The notes beneath the pieces are model-generated. The model ran no database searches. It was given only the letters and a program-made list of their open reading frames with translations, and had not been told where the DNA came from. The translations under genes were made by a program, and so were the position numbers. A stretch of DNA of 51,434 nucleotides from contig JAJQEM010000035.1 in NCBI GenBank assembly GCA_021201635.1, forward strand, positions 1 to 51,434, in the 5' to 3' direction. The number at the start of each line of letters is the position of its first letter. The stretch's first letter is position 1. The DNA is from Clostridiales bacterium. GTDB lineage: Bacteria > Bacillota > Clostridia > Oscillospirales > Oscillospiraceae. This document shows positions 17,173-27,059 of the stretch, piece by piece.

Positions 17173-18791
17173 TTACCCCAGAAACGCCGTCACCACCGCT
17201 CGCAGCTCCTCCGGCAGTTCCTCCAGGGCGGAGATCTTTTCCCCGTTCACCCGGGCGACGAAGCCGTCCCCGGTCAGATAGAAGCCGTTGTTGTCACTGT
17301 TCTTCATGGCAGCCCCATCGTCAAAGAGGGTGAACTTGTCCCGATAGGGCAGATAACCGAAGGGGCACAGACAGGCGCAATTGCCGCACTCGTTACAGAG
17401 CGCCTCGATGTGCACCGCCTTTTTCAGCTCCGGCAGGGCCAGATTGGCCCGGTTGGGGCACACGTCCACGCAGTTCCGGCACTTGTAGCAGGCCAGGCTG
17501 TCCAGAGGACGCTTTACCGTCCTGCGCTCAGGCTTTTTCTGATAATAGGGGTCGGCGCTCACCGACGCCACCAGCTCGTCCAGGGCCGCCACGTCCACCC
17601 GGGCGGGGACCGTCTCCGGGACTTGGGCGCAGAGCCGGGAGAGGTTTTTGTACCCCCCTGCTGGAGCAGCAGGGTCGCCACCGTCACCGGGGCGATACCG
17701 GCGGACAGCACCTGGGCCACGTTGTGGGTGTCGATGCCCCCGGAGAAGGAGACGGGCAGCGTCCCCCCGAAGGCCCGGCTCAAAAGCTGGGCGGTGCGGA
17801 TGGAGAGCAGGAACAGCGGCTTGCCGGAGAGGTACATGGTCTCCCCGGGCAGCTCGCCGTTGCGGATGGCCACCGGGAAGGTATTGGTCAGCTTCACCCC
17901 CAGGGTCAGGCCCAGAGAGTCCGCCAGGGCCTTCAAATCAGTGAGCAGCTCCACGGCATAGTCCGGCTGGAGGTCGCGGTCAAAGCCCTCCCGGTCAAAG
18001 GTCAGATAGCCGTAGCCGTTCTCGTCCAGTACCTGCCGGGCGGCGTCGTAGCCCACCAGGGTGGGGTTACACTTGACGAAGGTGTTCAGCCCCTTCTCCT
18101 CCAGCAGATAGGCAATCATCCGCCGGATCTCCCCTACCGGACATCCGTGGAGGGTGGAGAGGGTGACTGTGTTACAGATTTTGGCAGGAATGGAGTTGAC
18201 ATAATCTTCATTCACCACCCGGAACAGCTCCGGATGCGCTCTGACCTGGGACAGATACAGGCTCCACACCGGGGCACAGGAAGCGTCCTTCATCGTCTCG
18301 ATGAACCGGTCCACCTTTTCCGACTGCAGTCCCGCCAGGTCGTAGCCCACGGACATATGGAACTGGAAGCCCTCCGGGTCCCCCAAATCGAACTCCCTGG
18401 CCAGCAGGTGAATGACGATCCACGCCTTGATGTACTCCTCCGCCGCCTGGCCGATGGTCAGCTCGGTGGACCACTCCACATTGTACGCCTCTCCGGAGAC
18501 GTAGATACAGGGCTTGTCCACCGGCAGGTCCTCGCCGTCGATGATCTGGACGGTTTTCAGCTCGAAAATGCGGCCTCCCGCCCCATAGGCGGCAATCAGG
18601 TTGTTTGCCAGTTGGGTGTGAGGCCCCGCAGCGGGGCCGATGGGAGTCTCCACCCGTCCGCCGCAGAAGTCCACCGGGCACGCCTTGGGCCGGACTGCCG
18701 GGACGCCGAACAGGGTATTGCGCTCCCGCAGCTCGTTCACAGCGGTACAGAGCAGGGTCTCAAAGGGCAGGGGGTTCATTCGGTCACTCAT
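17173..18791 (-). pseudogene. ygfK: Short YgfK-like oxidoreductase, frameshifted at a G6 run (17653-17658)
   Basis: MSDRM, GPAAGPHTQL, ELKTVQ, NVEWSTEL, KCNPTL, KLTNTFPV; C-terminal CRNCVDVCPNRAN and CNECGNC in another frame; adding one G restores QGGYKNL. Could be a sequencing error. Confidence 0.75.
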
Positions 18792-19741
18792 TTTTCTCGC
18801 TCCTTCCCGTCGGGGGCGGCGCACTCGGCGGCGGTCCCCCGCAAAATGTCGATGCCGTGGCCCAGGCTGGGGAGGAGAAATTCCAGGCTCTCCCGCACCG
18901 CTTTGGGACTGCCAGGCAGATTGACGATCAGCGTTCTGCCCCGGATGACGCTGGCCCCCCGGCCCAGCATGGCCCTGGGGGTGATTTGCAGGGAGTACCA
19001 GCGGATGGCCTCGGCGATGCCCGGGGCGTTCCGCTCCGCCACCGCCAGGGTGGCCTCCGGGGTGCGGTCTCTCTCCGAAAATCCGGTGCCCCCGGTGGTC
19101 AGCACCAGAGCCACCTGCCGCCCGTCCGCCAGCCGACACAGCTCCCGCTCCAGCCTCTTCTGCTCGTCCGGGAGGAGCAGGGTCTCCACCACCCGGTAGC
19201 CCGCCGCCTCCGCCATTTGGACGGCCAGGGGGCCGCTCTTGTCCTCCCGCTGGCCGCAGGCCCCCTTGTCGCTGAGGGTGATCACCGCCGCCGTGGGCCG
19301 TTTGTCCGGGTTGTCTGTCAGGGAAATCTCGTCCCCCACACGAATGACGCCGCCCCGGAGCACCTGGGCAAAGACGCCGTTGGTGGGCATAATACATTTG
19401 CCCACCCGCTGAAAGATCTCACAATGGCTGTGGCACTCCTTGCCGATCTGGGTCAGCTCCAGCAGAGCGTCCCCGATCTGAAAGCAGGTCCCCACCGGCA
19501 GGCTCCGCAGGTCGAAACCCTCCACGATGAGGTTTTCCCCGAAGTCTCCGGGCTGCACTCCGGCCCCCTGGGCGTTGAAGGCGTCGATGACCTCCTGTCC
19601 CAGCAGGCTGACCTGGCGATGCCAGTTGCCGCCGTGGGCGTCTCCCTCCAGGCCGAAGCCCTCCACCAGCCGGACGGAATCCACCGGCCCTTTGGCTGTC
19701 CCCCGCCGGGGGCTGATGCAAATTCCTCTGATGATGCCCAT
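18788..19741 (-). CDS. MOSC domain - MogA/MoaB molybdenum cofactor protein fusion
   Basis: GLEGDAH, FGENL, TQIGKECH (MOSC) then REDKSG, TTGGTG, TPEAT, NLPGSP (MogA). Confidence 0.9.
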   Translation of the reverse strand: MGIIRGICISPRRGTAKGPVDSVRLVEGFGLEGDAHGGNWHRQVSLLGQEVIDAFNAQGAGVQPGDFGENLIVEGFDLRSLPVGTCFQIGDALLELTQIGKECHSHCEIFQRVGKCIMPTNGVFAQVLRGGVIRVGDEISLTDNPDKRPTAAVITLSDKGACGQREDKSGPLAVQMAEAAGYRVVETLLLPDEQKRLERELCRLADGRQVALVLTTGGTGFSERDRTPEATLAVAERNAPGIAEAIRWYSLQITPRAMLGRGASVIRGRTLIVNLPGSPKAVRESLEFLLPSLGHGIDILRGTAAECAAPDGKEREK

Positions 19742-19776
19742 GGGAAAGCACTCCCTCTCATTTTGTGGTTCTGCTG

Positions 19777-20755
19777 TCAGCCGCCGATGGCCGACATTCC
19801 CCGCCGCTCCAGGCCGGTCTGGGCCTGGTTCTCGGCAAAGCGGTGGCCCTTTGGCTTGCTCCAAACAGCGGCGGACAGGGCCGCCTTTATCGTCTCTCCA
19901 GAGGCCCCCGCCCGGAGCAGCTCCCGGAGATTCACCGTCCCCTGATACTGGAGACAGGGCTTCACCCAGCCGTCGGCAGTCAGCCGCAAACGGTTGCAGC
20001 CGTCGCAAAAGGGGGCGGAGCATGGGCTGATAAAGCCCACCAGTCCTGCAAAATCTGGGACTGAATAATAAATCGCCGGGCCGTTCCCCCCGCTCATTCA
20101 CCGGAGTCAGAGGGCCGTACCGTCCCTCCAGCTCCTGTATCAGCGCCTTCCGAGTCACGGGGCGGTAGCTTTTCCCCCGGCCCAGAGGCATGGTCTCGAT
20201 ATACCGCACCCACACCTGCCGGGTGCGGGCCAGCTCCGCCACCTCGGCGGGGTTCCGGTCTGTGATGCCCTCCCCCGCCACGCAGTTCACCTTGACGTGG
20301 GAGAACCCGGCGCAGAGGGCGGCGTCCAGCCCCTCCAGCACCCGCTCCAGGCCGTCCGTCCCGGTGAGGGCGGCGTAGGACGCCCGGTCAAGGGTGTCCA
20401 GGCTGATATTTACCCCGGAAATACCCGCCTCCGCCAGTTGTTCCGCCTGTGCTGAGAGCAGCAGGCCGTTGGTGGTCAGGGTGATGTCTCCGATGCCGGG
20501 TATCTCATACAATCTCCTCACCAGCTCCGGCAGTCCGGGGCGGAGCAGGGGCTCTCCCCCGGTGAGCTTGAGCCGGGAGATGCCCAGCTCTGCGGCGGCG
20601 GAGACGACGGTACACAGCTCTTCGTCTGTCAGCAGCGTCTCCTCCGGCAGCCAGCGCACCGGCCCTGACCCGAGGCAGTAGCCGCACCGGAGATTGCACC
20701 GGTCGGTCAGGGAGATGCGGAGGTAGTCGATCTCCCGCCCGTACTGATCTCTCAT
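19777..20755 (-). pseudogene. moaA: GTP 3',8-cyclase MoaA, frameshifted at a G6 run (20086-20091)
   Basis: YLRISLTDRCNLRCGYC and TGGEP in one frame; GNGPA..FCDGCNRLRLTADG..KPCL..MSAIGG in another. Could be a sequencing error. Confidence 0.85.
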
Positions 20756-20783
20756 GGCGTATCAGCCTGTCTGTTCTGCCGTC

Positions 20784-21269
20784 TCAATCCTGTCCCTCCC
20801 GGCGATAGTGTCCCGTCTTGCCCCCGTCCTTGTCCCGGAGGAAGATGGGGCTGATGGTCATGTCCTGGCCCAGAGCCTTGCACATATCGTAGACCGTGAG
20901 CAGGGCGGTGCTGACCCCAGTGAGGGCCTCCATCTCCGCCCCGGTCTTGCCCACACACTTCACCCGGCAGACGCACTCCACCTCCAGCGTCTCCGGCGAG
21001 AGGGAAAAATCCACCGCCACCTGGGTCAGGTTCAGGGTATGACAGAGCGGGATCAGCTCCCAGGTGTGCTTGGCCCCCTGGATGCCTGCGATCCGGGCCG
21101 CCGCCAGCACGTCTCCCTTTTTGCTGGTGTTCGTCTCGATGGCTTGGAAGATGGCCCCGTTCACCTGCATCCGGCCCACGGCCTCGGCGGTGCGGAGGGT
21201 CTCCTCCTTGCCGCCCACGTCCACCATGGACGCCTGGCCCCGCCGGTCTACATGGGATAACTCACTCAT
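20784..21269 (-). CDS. moaC: Cyclic pyranopterin monophosphate synthase MoaC
   Basis: MVDV..K, LIPLCH, TGAEMEAL, YDMCKA, GGKTG. Confidence 0.95.
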   Translation of the reverse strand: MSELSHVDRRGQASMVDVGGKEETLRTAEAVGRMQVNGAIFQAIETNTSKKGDVLAAARIAGIQGAKHTWELIPLCHTLNLTQVAVDFSLSPETLEVECVCRVKCVGKTGAEMEALTGVSTALLTVYDMCKALGQDMTISPIFLRDKDGGKTGHYRREGQD

Positions 21270-21277
21270 AGGCCCTC

Positions 21278-22307
21278 CTAGTGTCTCTTTCCGAAGCCGC
21301 AGTTGGGGAAGGTGCACACCGGGCAGTTCAGGCAGAAGCCTCCCTCTCCCAGGCCGTCCAGGTCCTCCCGGGTGATCTCCACCCCCGCCATAATGCGGGG
21401 CAGCACCAGGTCAAAAATGGTGCGCTTGGAGTACATGACGCAGCCGGGGAGCCCCAGAATGGGGATGCGCTGCTCCCCCAGGTAGCTGAGCAGGAACATG
21501 GCCCCCGGCAGCACCGGAGAGCCGTAGCTGACGATCTCCGCCCCGGTGTTGCGGATGGCCAGGGGCGTCCGGTCGTCCGGGTCCACGCTCATCCCTCCGG
21601 TGCAGAGGATCAGGTCGGCCCCCTGTGCCAGCAGCTTTTCAATGGCGGCGGTGGTCATGGCTGCGTCGTCGTTGGTGATCTCGTGGCCCACGATCTCCAC
21701 GGGAAATTCCTTCAGCTTGGCCTCCAACACCGGGGTAAACTGGTCCTGGATGCGGCCATAGTAGACCTCGCTGCCGGTGGTGACGATGCCCGCCCGGCGC
21801 TTCTGATAGGGCAAGACCTGAAACAGTGGGGCGGGGCCTGCGGCCTCTCTGGCCCGCCCCATCTTTTCCCCCTGGATGACCAGAGGGATAATGCGGGTGC
21901 CCGCCAGCTTATCTCCCTTCTTCACCGGGAAATTCCCATGACGGCAGGCGATCATCATCTCCCCCAGGCTGTTCACCGCCCGGAGCCCCGCCCGGTTCAC
22001 CCGGAACAGGCCGTCGCAGTCGGCGATCAGCTCGATCTTGCCCTCTTTTGCCCCGGACGGGTGCATATTTGCTCCCTGGCAGATCTCCCGGAGGATGTCC
22101 GCCGCCTCGTTCTCGTGGAGCATCCCCTCCTGCTTCTCCCAGACGTAGAGGGTCTCCTTGCCCACGGACAGCAGGACGGGGATGTCCTCCTCCCGGACCA
22201 CATGGCCCTTGGTGAACACCGCCCCCCTTGGTCACGCCAGGGATGATCTGGGTGATGTCATGGCAGAGGACGTGTCCCACTGCCTCAGTAGTCTTGATAC
22301 ATTTCAT
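21278..22307 (-). pseudogene. Molybdopterin-binding (MoeA C-terminal-like) protein, frameshifted at a G6 run (22222-22227)
   Basis: MKCIKTTEAVGHVLCHDITQI in one frame, FTKGHV..TGGMSVDPDD..PVLPGAM..GLPGC in another; start overlaps the hyuA stop. Confidence 0.75.
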
Positions 22308-23668
22308 AGACTGCCCACCTCTCTCGCAATATAGATTCCCGTGCCGGGGCGGCGGAGCTCGCCGTCCTCCACGATCTTTTCTCCTCTGAGGAACACCGTC
22401 TCCGCTCTGCCTTTGAGCCGCCACCCCTCGTAGGGGGCGTAGTCACAGGCGGAGTGCCGGTTCTCCCGGTGAATCACCGTCTCCACGTCCGGGTTCCAAA
22501 TCACCACGTCGGCGTCGCTCCCGGGGAGCAGCGCCCCCTTCCGGGGGTACATCCCGTAGAGCTTTGCAGGATTGGCAGACAGCCGCCGCACCAGCTCGGT
22601 CAGGGGCAGCCGCCCCGTCTCCACGCCGTAGGTGTACAGCAGCGACACCCGCTCCTCTGCGCCGGGCATTCCGCCGGGGATTTTGGAGAAGTCTCCCCGT
22701 CCGGCGTCCTTTTGGGCCAAGGTGAAGGAGCAGCGGTCGGTGGAGACCGTGTCGATCTCTCCCTTTGCCAGAGCCTCCCACAACGCCGCCTGGTCCCGCT
22801 TTTTCCGCAGGGGCGGGGAGCAGACATACCTGGCCCCCCGGAAGTCGGGCTGTGCGTACAGGCTGTCGTCCAGGAGCAGGTACTGAGGGCAGGTCTCAAC
22901 GTAGACCTTCTGCCCCATGGCCCTGGTCCGGCGAATTTCCTCCAGGCCCTTTTCGGTGGAGAGATGAACCACCACCACCGGCACGTCCACCAGCCGGGCC
23001 ACCGTCAGCAGGCGGTGAATGGCCTCTGCCTCCGCCTCGTCCGGGCGGGAGAGGGGGTGCCCCTCCGGGCCGGTGACGCCCTGCTCCTTCAGCCGGGCGG
23101 CGGTGGCCTGGATAATGCCGTCATTTTCACAGTGGACGCCCACGATGCCCCCCAGGGGCTTGAGGGCCAGCAGCACCTCGTACAGCTCCCGGTCGCTGAC
23201 CATATTGCCGTAGGTCAGATAGACCTTGAAGGAGGTGACGCCCGCCCGTATCATATCGGGCAGCTCCTCCCGGACATCCGGCCTCCACTGGGAGATAGCC
23301 ATGTGAAAGGCGTAGTCGCAGCTGCTTCTGCCGTCTGCCTTTTCGTGCCAGTTGGCAAGCCCCTGGGCCAGGGTCTCCCCTGCCTCCTGGGTGGCGAAGT
23401 CCACCAGACAGGTGGTGCCCCCCAGAATGGCGGCGGTGCCGGAGGCAAAATCGTCCGCCGTTACCGTGCCGCAGACGGGCAGGTCCATGTGGGTGTGGGC
23501 GTCGATAAAGCCGGGAAACACCAGCCGTCCGGCGGCGTCTATGGCCTCCGCCTCCGGGTCAGTAAGGCTCTCCCCTACCTGGGCCACCCTGCCGTTTTCC
23601 AGCAGGAGATCCTGCACCCGGGTGCTCTCCTCTGTCACCAAAGTGCCGCCCCTGATGAGTGTTTTCAT
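22304..23668 (-). CDS. hydA: Dihydropyrimidinase / hydantoinase
   Basis: PGFIDAHTH, GGTT, SFKVY, HCEN, HLS, ETCPQY, NPAKLYG, GSDADVV. Confidence 0.9.
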   Translation of the reverse strand: MKTLIRGGTLVTEESTRVQDLLLENGRVAQVGESLTDPEAEAIDAAGRLVFPGFIDAHTHMDLPVCGTVTADDFASGTAAILGGTTCLVDFATQEAGETLAQGLANWHEKADGRSSCDYAFHMAISQWRPDVREELPDMIRAGVTSFKVYLTYGNMVSDRELYEVLLALKPLGGIVGVHCENDGIIQATAARLKEQGVTGPEGHPLSRPDEAEAEAIHRLLTVARLVDVPVVVVHLSTEKGLEEIRRTRAMGQKVYVETCPQYLLLDDSLYAQPDFRGARYVCSPPLRKKRDQAALWEALAKGEIDTVSTDRCSFTLAQKDAGRGDFSKIPGGMPGAEERVSLLYTYGVETGRLPLTELVRRLSANPAKLYGMYPRKGALLPGSDADVVIWNPDVETVIHRENRHSACDYAPYEGWRLKGRAETVFLRGEKIVEDGELRRPGTGIYIAREVGSL

Positions 23669-23690
23669 AACCGTTCCCCCTCTCTGCCGT

Positions 23691-25022
23691 CTATCCGTTG
23701 ATGCTGTCCCACAGCTCCTGGGCCGACGCCCGGACCTGGGCGTTGACCGCCTCCTCGTCGCAGAAGGTCAGCTTCCGATCCCGCATGAGCACCCTTCCGG
23801 CGCAGACCGTGTGGATGACGCTCCGCCCGGTCATGCCGAACAGAATGTGACTGTTACAGTTTCTCCCGTCCATGGGGGTGTTGGGGATGTAGTCGGTGAC
23901 GACGACATCCGCTCCGTATCCGGGCTTCAGTGCCCCCAGAGGGGTGTCGAAATACCGCCCTGCAATTTTCGGATTGCCGTCAAACAGCATCTCCGGCACC
24001 TCGCCCCAGGCGGCGTTGGGGTCTTTCAGGTGGTGCTTGTGGAGGATGTTGGCCACCTTGTAGCTCTCCAGCATATCGTGGGTATAGCCGTCGGTGCCCA
24101 GCCCTGTCAGCACTCCCCGATGGCACAGCTCCATGGTGGGAGGACAGCCGCAGGCGTTGCCCATATTGGACTCCGGGTTGTGCACCACCATGGTGTCCGT
24201 CTCCCGGAGCAGCTCCATCTCGTCCTCGTTGATATAGATGCAGTGGGCCGCCAGGGTCTTGGGCCCCAGAATGTCCATGTCGTGGAGCCGCTCCACCAGT
24301 CGCTTGCCGTAGGTTTTTTGACAGTGTTCTAAATCGTATGCCCCCTCGGCCACATGGATGTGATAGCCCACCCCCTCCGGCCGGTGGGCGGCGGCGAAGG
24401 CCAGCGTCTCGTCCGAGAGGGTGAAGGAGGCGTGGAGGCCCATCATGGCGGCCACCATCCCCGTCTCGTCCTGTTGGGCATAGCGGATGAACCGCTCGTT
24501 TTCCAGCACCGCCTCCCGAGCCTTCTCCCGCCCGTCCCGGTCTGAGACCTCGTAGCAGAGGCAGCGGCGGATACCCACCGTCTGCGCCGCCTCCTCGATG
24601 GCGGAGAGGCTGTCCGGGATGCAGAAAAAGCTGGCGTGATGGTCAAAGACGGTGGTGACGCCGTTTTTCACGCAGTCGATCAGGGTGTTCATGGCGGAGA
24701 GCCGGGTCTGCTCCAGAGTCAGATGGCGGTCGATGTTCCACCACATCCCCTCCAGGATGTCCAGAAAGCCTCTTGGATGGTAGCCTCTGACGGACAGACC
24801 ACGGGCCATGGCGGAGTAGATATGCTCGTGGGTGTTGATGAGTCCCGGCATAATGACCCCTCCGTGGGCGTCCAGCAGCTCTGCCTCCGGGTAGCGCTCC
24901 CGCAGATCGGACCAGGGGCCCACCTCCTGTATTCTGCCGTTCCCTACGGCCACGCCTCCCAGCTCCAGCCAGGGGCAGTCCGGGTCACGGGTGACGACCC
25001 GTCCGTTTCCGATGAGCAGCAT
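23691..25022 (-). CDS. ssnA: Putative aminohydrolase SsnA
   Basis: PGLINTHEHIYS, FDHHAS, GLHASFT, HIHVAEG, HNPESNMGN, LGTDG. Confidence 0.9.
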   Translation of the reverse strand: MLLIGNGRVVTRDPDCPWLELGGVAVGNGRIQEVGPWSDLRERYPEAELLDAHGGVIMPGLINTHEHIYSAMARGLSVRGYHPRGFLDILEGMWWNIDRHLTLEQTRLSAMNTLIDCVKNGVTTVFDHHASFFCIPDSLSAIEEAAQTVGIRRCLCYEVSDRDGREKAREAVLENERFIRYAQQDETGMVAAMMGLHASFTLSDETLAFAAAHRPEGVGYHIHVAEGAYDLEHCQKTYGKRLVERLHDMDILGPKTLAAHCIYINEDEMELLRETDTMVVHNPESNMGNACGCPPTMELCHRGVLTGLGTDGYTHDMLESYKVANILHKHHLKDPNAAWGEVPEMLFDGNPKIAGRYFDTPLGALKPGYGADVVVTDYIPNTPMDGRNCNSHILFGMTGRSVIHTVCAGRVLMRDRKLTFCDEEAVNAQVRASAQELWDSING

Positions 25023-25164
25023 CTCAGTTCCCCCTTTCATAAAAGGTTTTTCCCATTCTAGCATGATTCCCGGCGGTTTGCAACCGGCGGAGCTTCCATT
25101 TCACATTGCAATTTCCCAAAAATCTGTTAGAATAGATGACAGAAAATCAGTCTGCGGAAGGAAG

Positions 25165-25809
25165 TTGACCCTTATGCCCGCTCAGCTGGAGCTGCTCAAA
25201 CAGATCGCCCACGGCCTGGCCGCCCAGTGCGGCCCCAACACCGAGGTGGTCATTCACGACCTGACCGACCGGGATGGCGACCCGGTGGTGGCCTACATTG
25301 AAAACGGACACGTCACCCACCGCTCCGCCGGGGACGGCCCCTCTCCTGTGGGCATCGCCGCCCGGAAAAAGACCCGCTCTCAGCTCCCGGACAAGCTGGG
25401 CTTCACCACCCGGACGGCAGACGGCAAGGTGCTGAAATCCAGCACCCTGTACATCTGGGGTGAGGACGATCAGCTGGACTACATCCTCTCCCTGAACACC
25501 GACGTCACCGTCCTCATGGCGGCGGAGAACGCCATCCACACCCTCATCTCCCCGGACGCAGAGCAGCAGCCCGTGGCGGACAAGCCCGCCACCAACGTGA
25601 GCGAGCTGCTGGACAGCCTCATCCAGCAGTCGGTGGCCCTGGTGGGCAAGCCGGTTCCCCTGATGACCAAGGACGACAAGGTGAAGGCCATCCGATTTCT
25701 CAACGACTCCGGCGCCCTGCTCATCACCAAGTCCGGGGCGAAAATCAGCCAGTTTTTCGGTATCTCCAAGTATACGCTCTACAGCTATATCGAGGAGGGC
25801 AGCGAGTGA
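25165..25809 (+). CDS. YheO-like PAS + HTH transcriptional regulator
   Basis: EVVIHDL, IENGHVT.R..GD, LKSST, C-terminal ISKYTLYSY; TTG 25165 or ATG 25174 start. Confidence 0.85.
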   Translation: MTLMPAQLELLKQIAHGLAAQCGPNTEVVIHDLTDRDGDPVVAYIENGHVTHRSAGDGPSPVGIAARKKTRSQLPDKLGFTTRTADGKVLKSSTLYIWGEDDQLDYILSLNTDVTVLMAAENAIHTLISPDAEQQPVADKPATNVSELLDSLIQQSVALVGKPVPLMTKDDKVKAIRFLNDSGALLITKSGAKISQFFGISKYTLYSYIEEGSE

Positions 25810-25858
25810 CGGAGCCAAACGCTCCCGGTGTTTGCAATATCGTGCCCGGAAACGGTTT

Positions 25859-25900
25859 GGGTGGATTGCCTGTTGCAAGGCAATCCACCCGTTTTTGTTT
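25859..25900. terminator. Terminator between converging genes
   Basis: GGGTGGATTGCC / GGCAATCCACCC followed by T-tract. Confidence 0.65.
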
Positions 25901-25950
25901 TCAGTCGTCACCGCATTTTGCAACAGTACAGGCCTGTGCACAGCGCCCTT

Positions 25951-26967
25951 TTAGCCCTTGAACAGGGAGAGCACCCGGTTTTTCCCTGTTCTTTTTTCAA
26001 TGGCGGCGACAATCGCACTTTGAGCTGACACCACCACCAGGCTGAATAAAATGACGATCAGCATTCTGACCGGCTCGCTTTCCGTCAGTCTTTTTGCGAT
26101 CTGTAAGCCCAATATGTGCCACAGATAAAGCCACAGCGTAGAAGACCCGATAAAGGTCACCACCCGATTGGCTTTCAGGTGTCGTTTCAGCTTTTCCGCC
26201 GCTGACAGCAGCAGCAGTGAGCAGCCAATCGTATACGCCAGGTAGTAAATCCGGGGCGGATACTTATATTCGGAGCCGGTGCGCACAAACGCACCGTTTT
26301 CCTGCCAAAGGCAGATGGCGACAGCGAAAAACACTGCCAGGCAGAGAATGCCGAGCGCTACCCAGATGCGCCTGTCCACACGTCTGAAATTGACCCCTAT
26401 GACGCTGATCAGTCCATATATAACCGGATACAGGACAAAAATGCGGTAGAGATAGCTGTCGGACAGGTCTATGATAGCAAGGTACAGGCAGAAAATCAAA
26501 ATACACGCTACGACATGGGACAGCTTTCGCAAATCCACATGAACCAGCAGAGGCATCAACAGGGCACAGATCAGATAGATGTATATGATCCAGACATACC
26601 CGATGGACGCGTCCTGCAGCAGATATGTTCTGAGGATTTGCCGTTCTGTCAATTGCTGAAATTCAAAAATGTTGTTCAGTAGGAAGTAAAACGTCACAAA
26701 AATCCACGTGGGCAAAACGAGGCGGAAAAACCTTTTTGCGTAATATCGTCCAATATATATATATTTATGGTCATTTTCTGTGCTGCACTGCTCAAACCCT
26801 CTGCACCCGAGCATGGCGCTGAGTATCACAAGCAGATTTACATCAAACACCCTGAGCTGCAAAAGAAACTCATTTGTGGATACGTGCGCTATCACCAGTC
26901 CCAGCAGCGCAATACATTTTAAATAATCGAGGGAAGCGTCTCTTGGGGGTGCTGTATTTACCTCCAT
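25951..26967 (-). CDS. Membrane acyltransferase family 3 protein
   Basis: RDASLDYLKCIA..H, KRFFRL..P, YLWH; multi-pass hydrophobic; AT-rich codons. Confidence 0.8.
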   Translation of the reverse strand: MEVNTAPPRDASLDYLKCIALLGLVIAHVSTNEFLLQLRVFDVNLLVILSAMLGCRGFEQCSTENDHKYIYIGRYYAKRFFRLVLPTWIFVTFYFLLNNIFEFQQLTERQILRTYLLQDASIGYVWIIYIYLICALLMPLLVHVDLRKLSHVVACILIFCLYLAIIDLSDSYLYRIFVLYPVIYGLISVIGVNFRRVDRRIWVALGILCLAVFFAVAICLWQENGAFVRTGSEYKYPPRIYYLAYTIGCSLLLLSAAEKLKRHLKANRVVTFIGSSTLWLYLWHILGLQIAKRLTESEPVRMLIVILFSLVVVSAQSAIVAAIEKRTGKNRVLSLFKG

Positions 26968-27059
26968 ACAGGCCCTCCTTCTGCGTCACACGCACGGGAG
27001 CGTTTTCGTGCCGACACAGGGACGGCACTCCGCTGTTGCTTCTGTTCCGTTTTTTGGCC

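Noticed and set aside
17559-19397. 612 aa ORF as a single gene
   Set aside because: The first ~200 codons are an alternate frame of the MOSC-MogA gene; the real start is MSDRM at 18791
18788-20755. 655 aa MoaA-MOSC-MogA triple fusion in the ORF track
   Set aside because: Artefact of the moaA frameshift; the true MoaA C-terminus is in another frame and the MOSC gene has its own RBS and start at 19741
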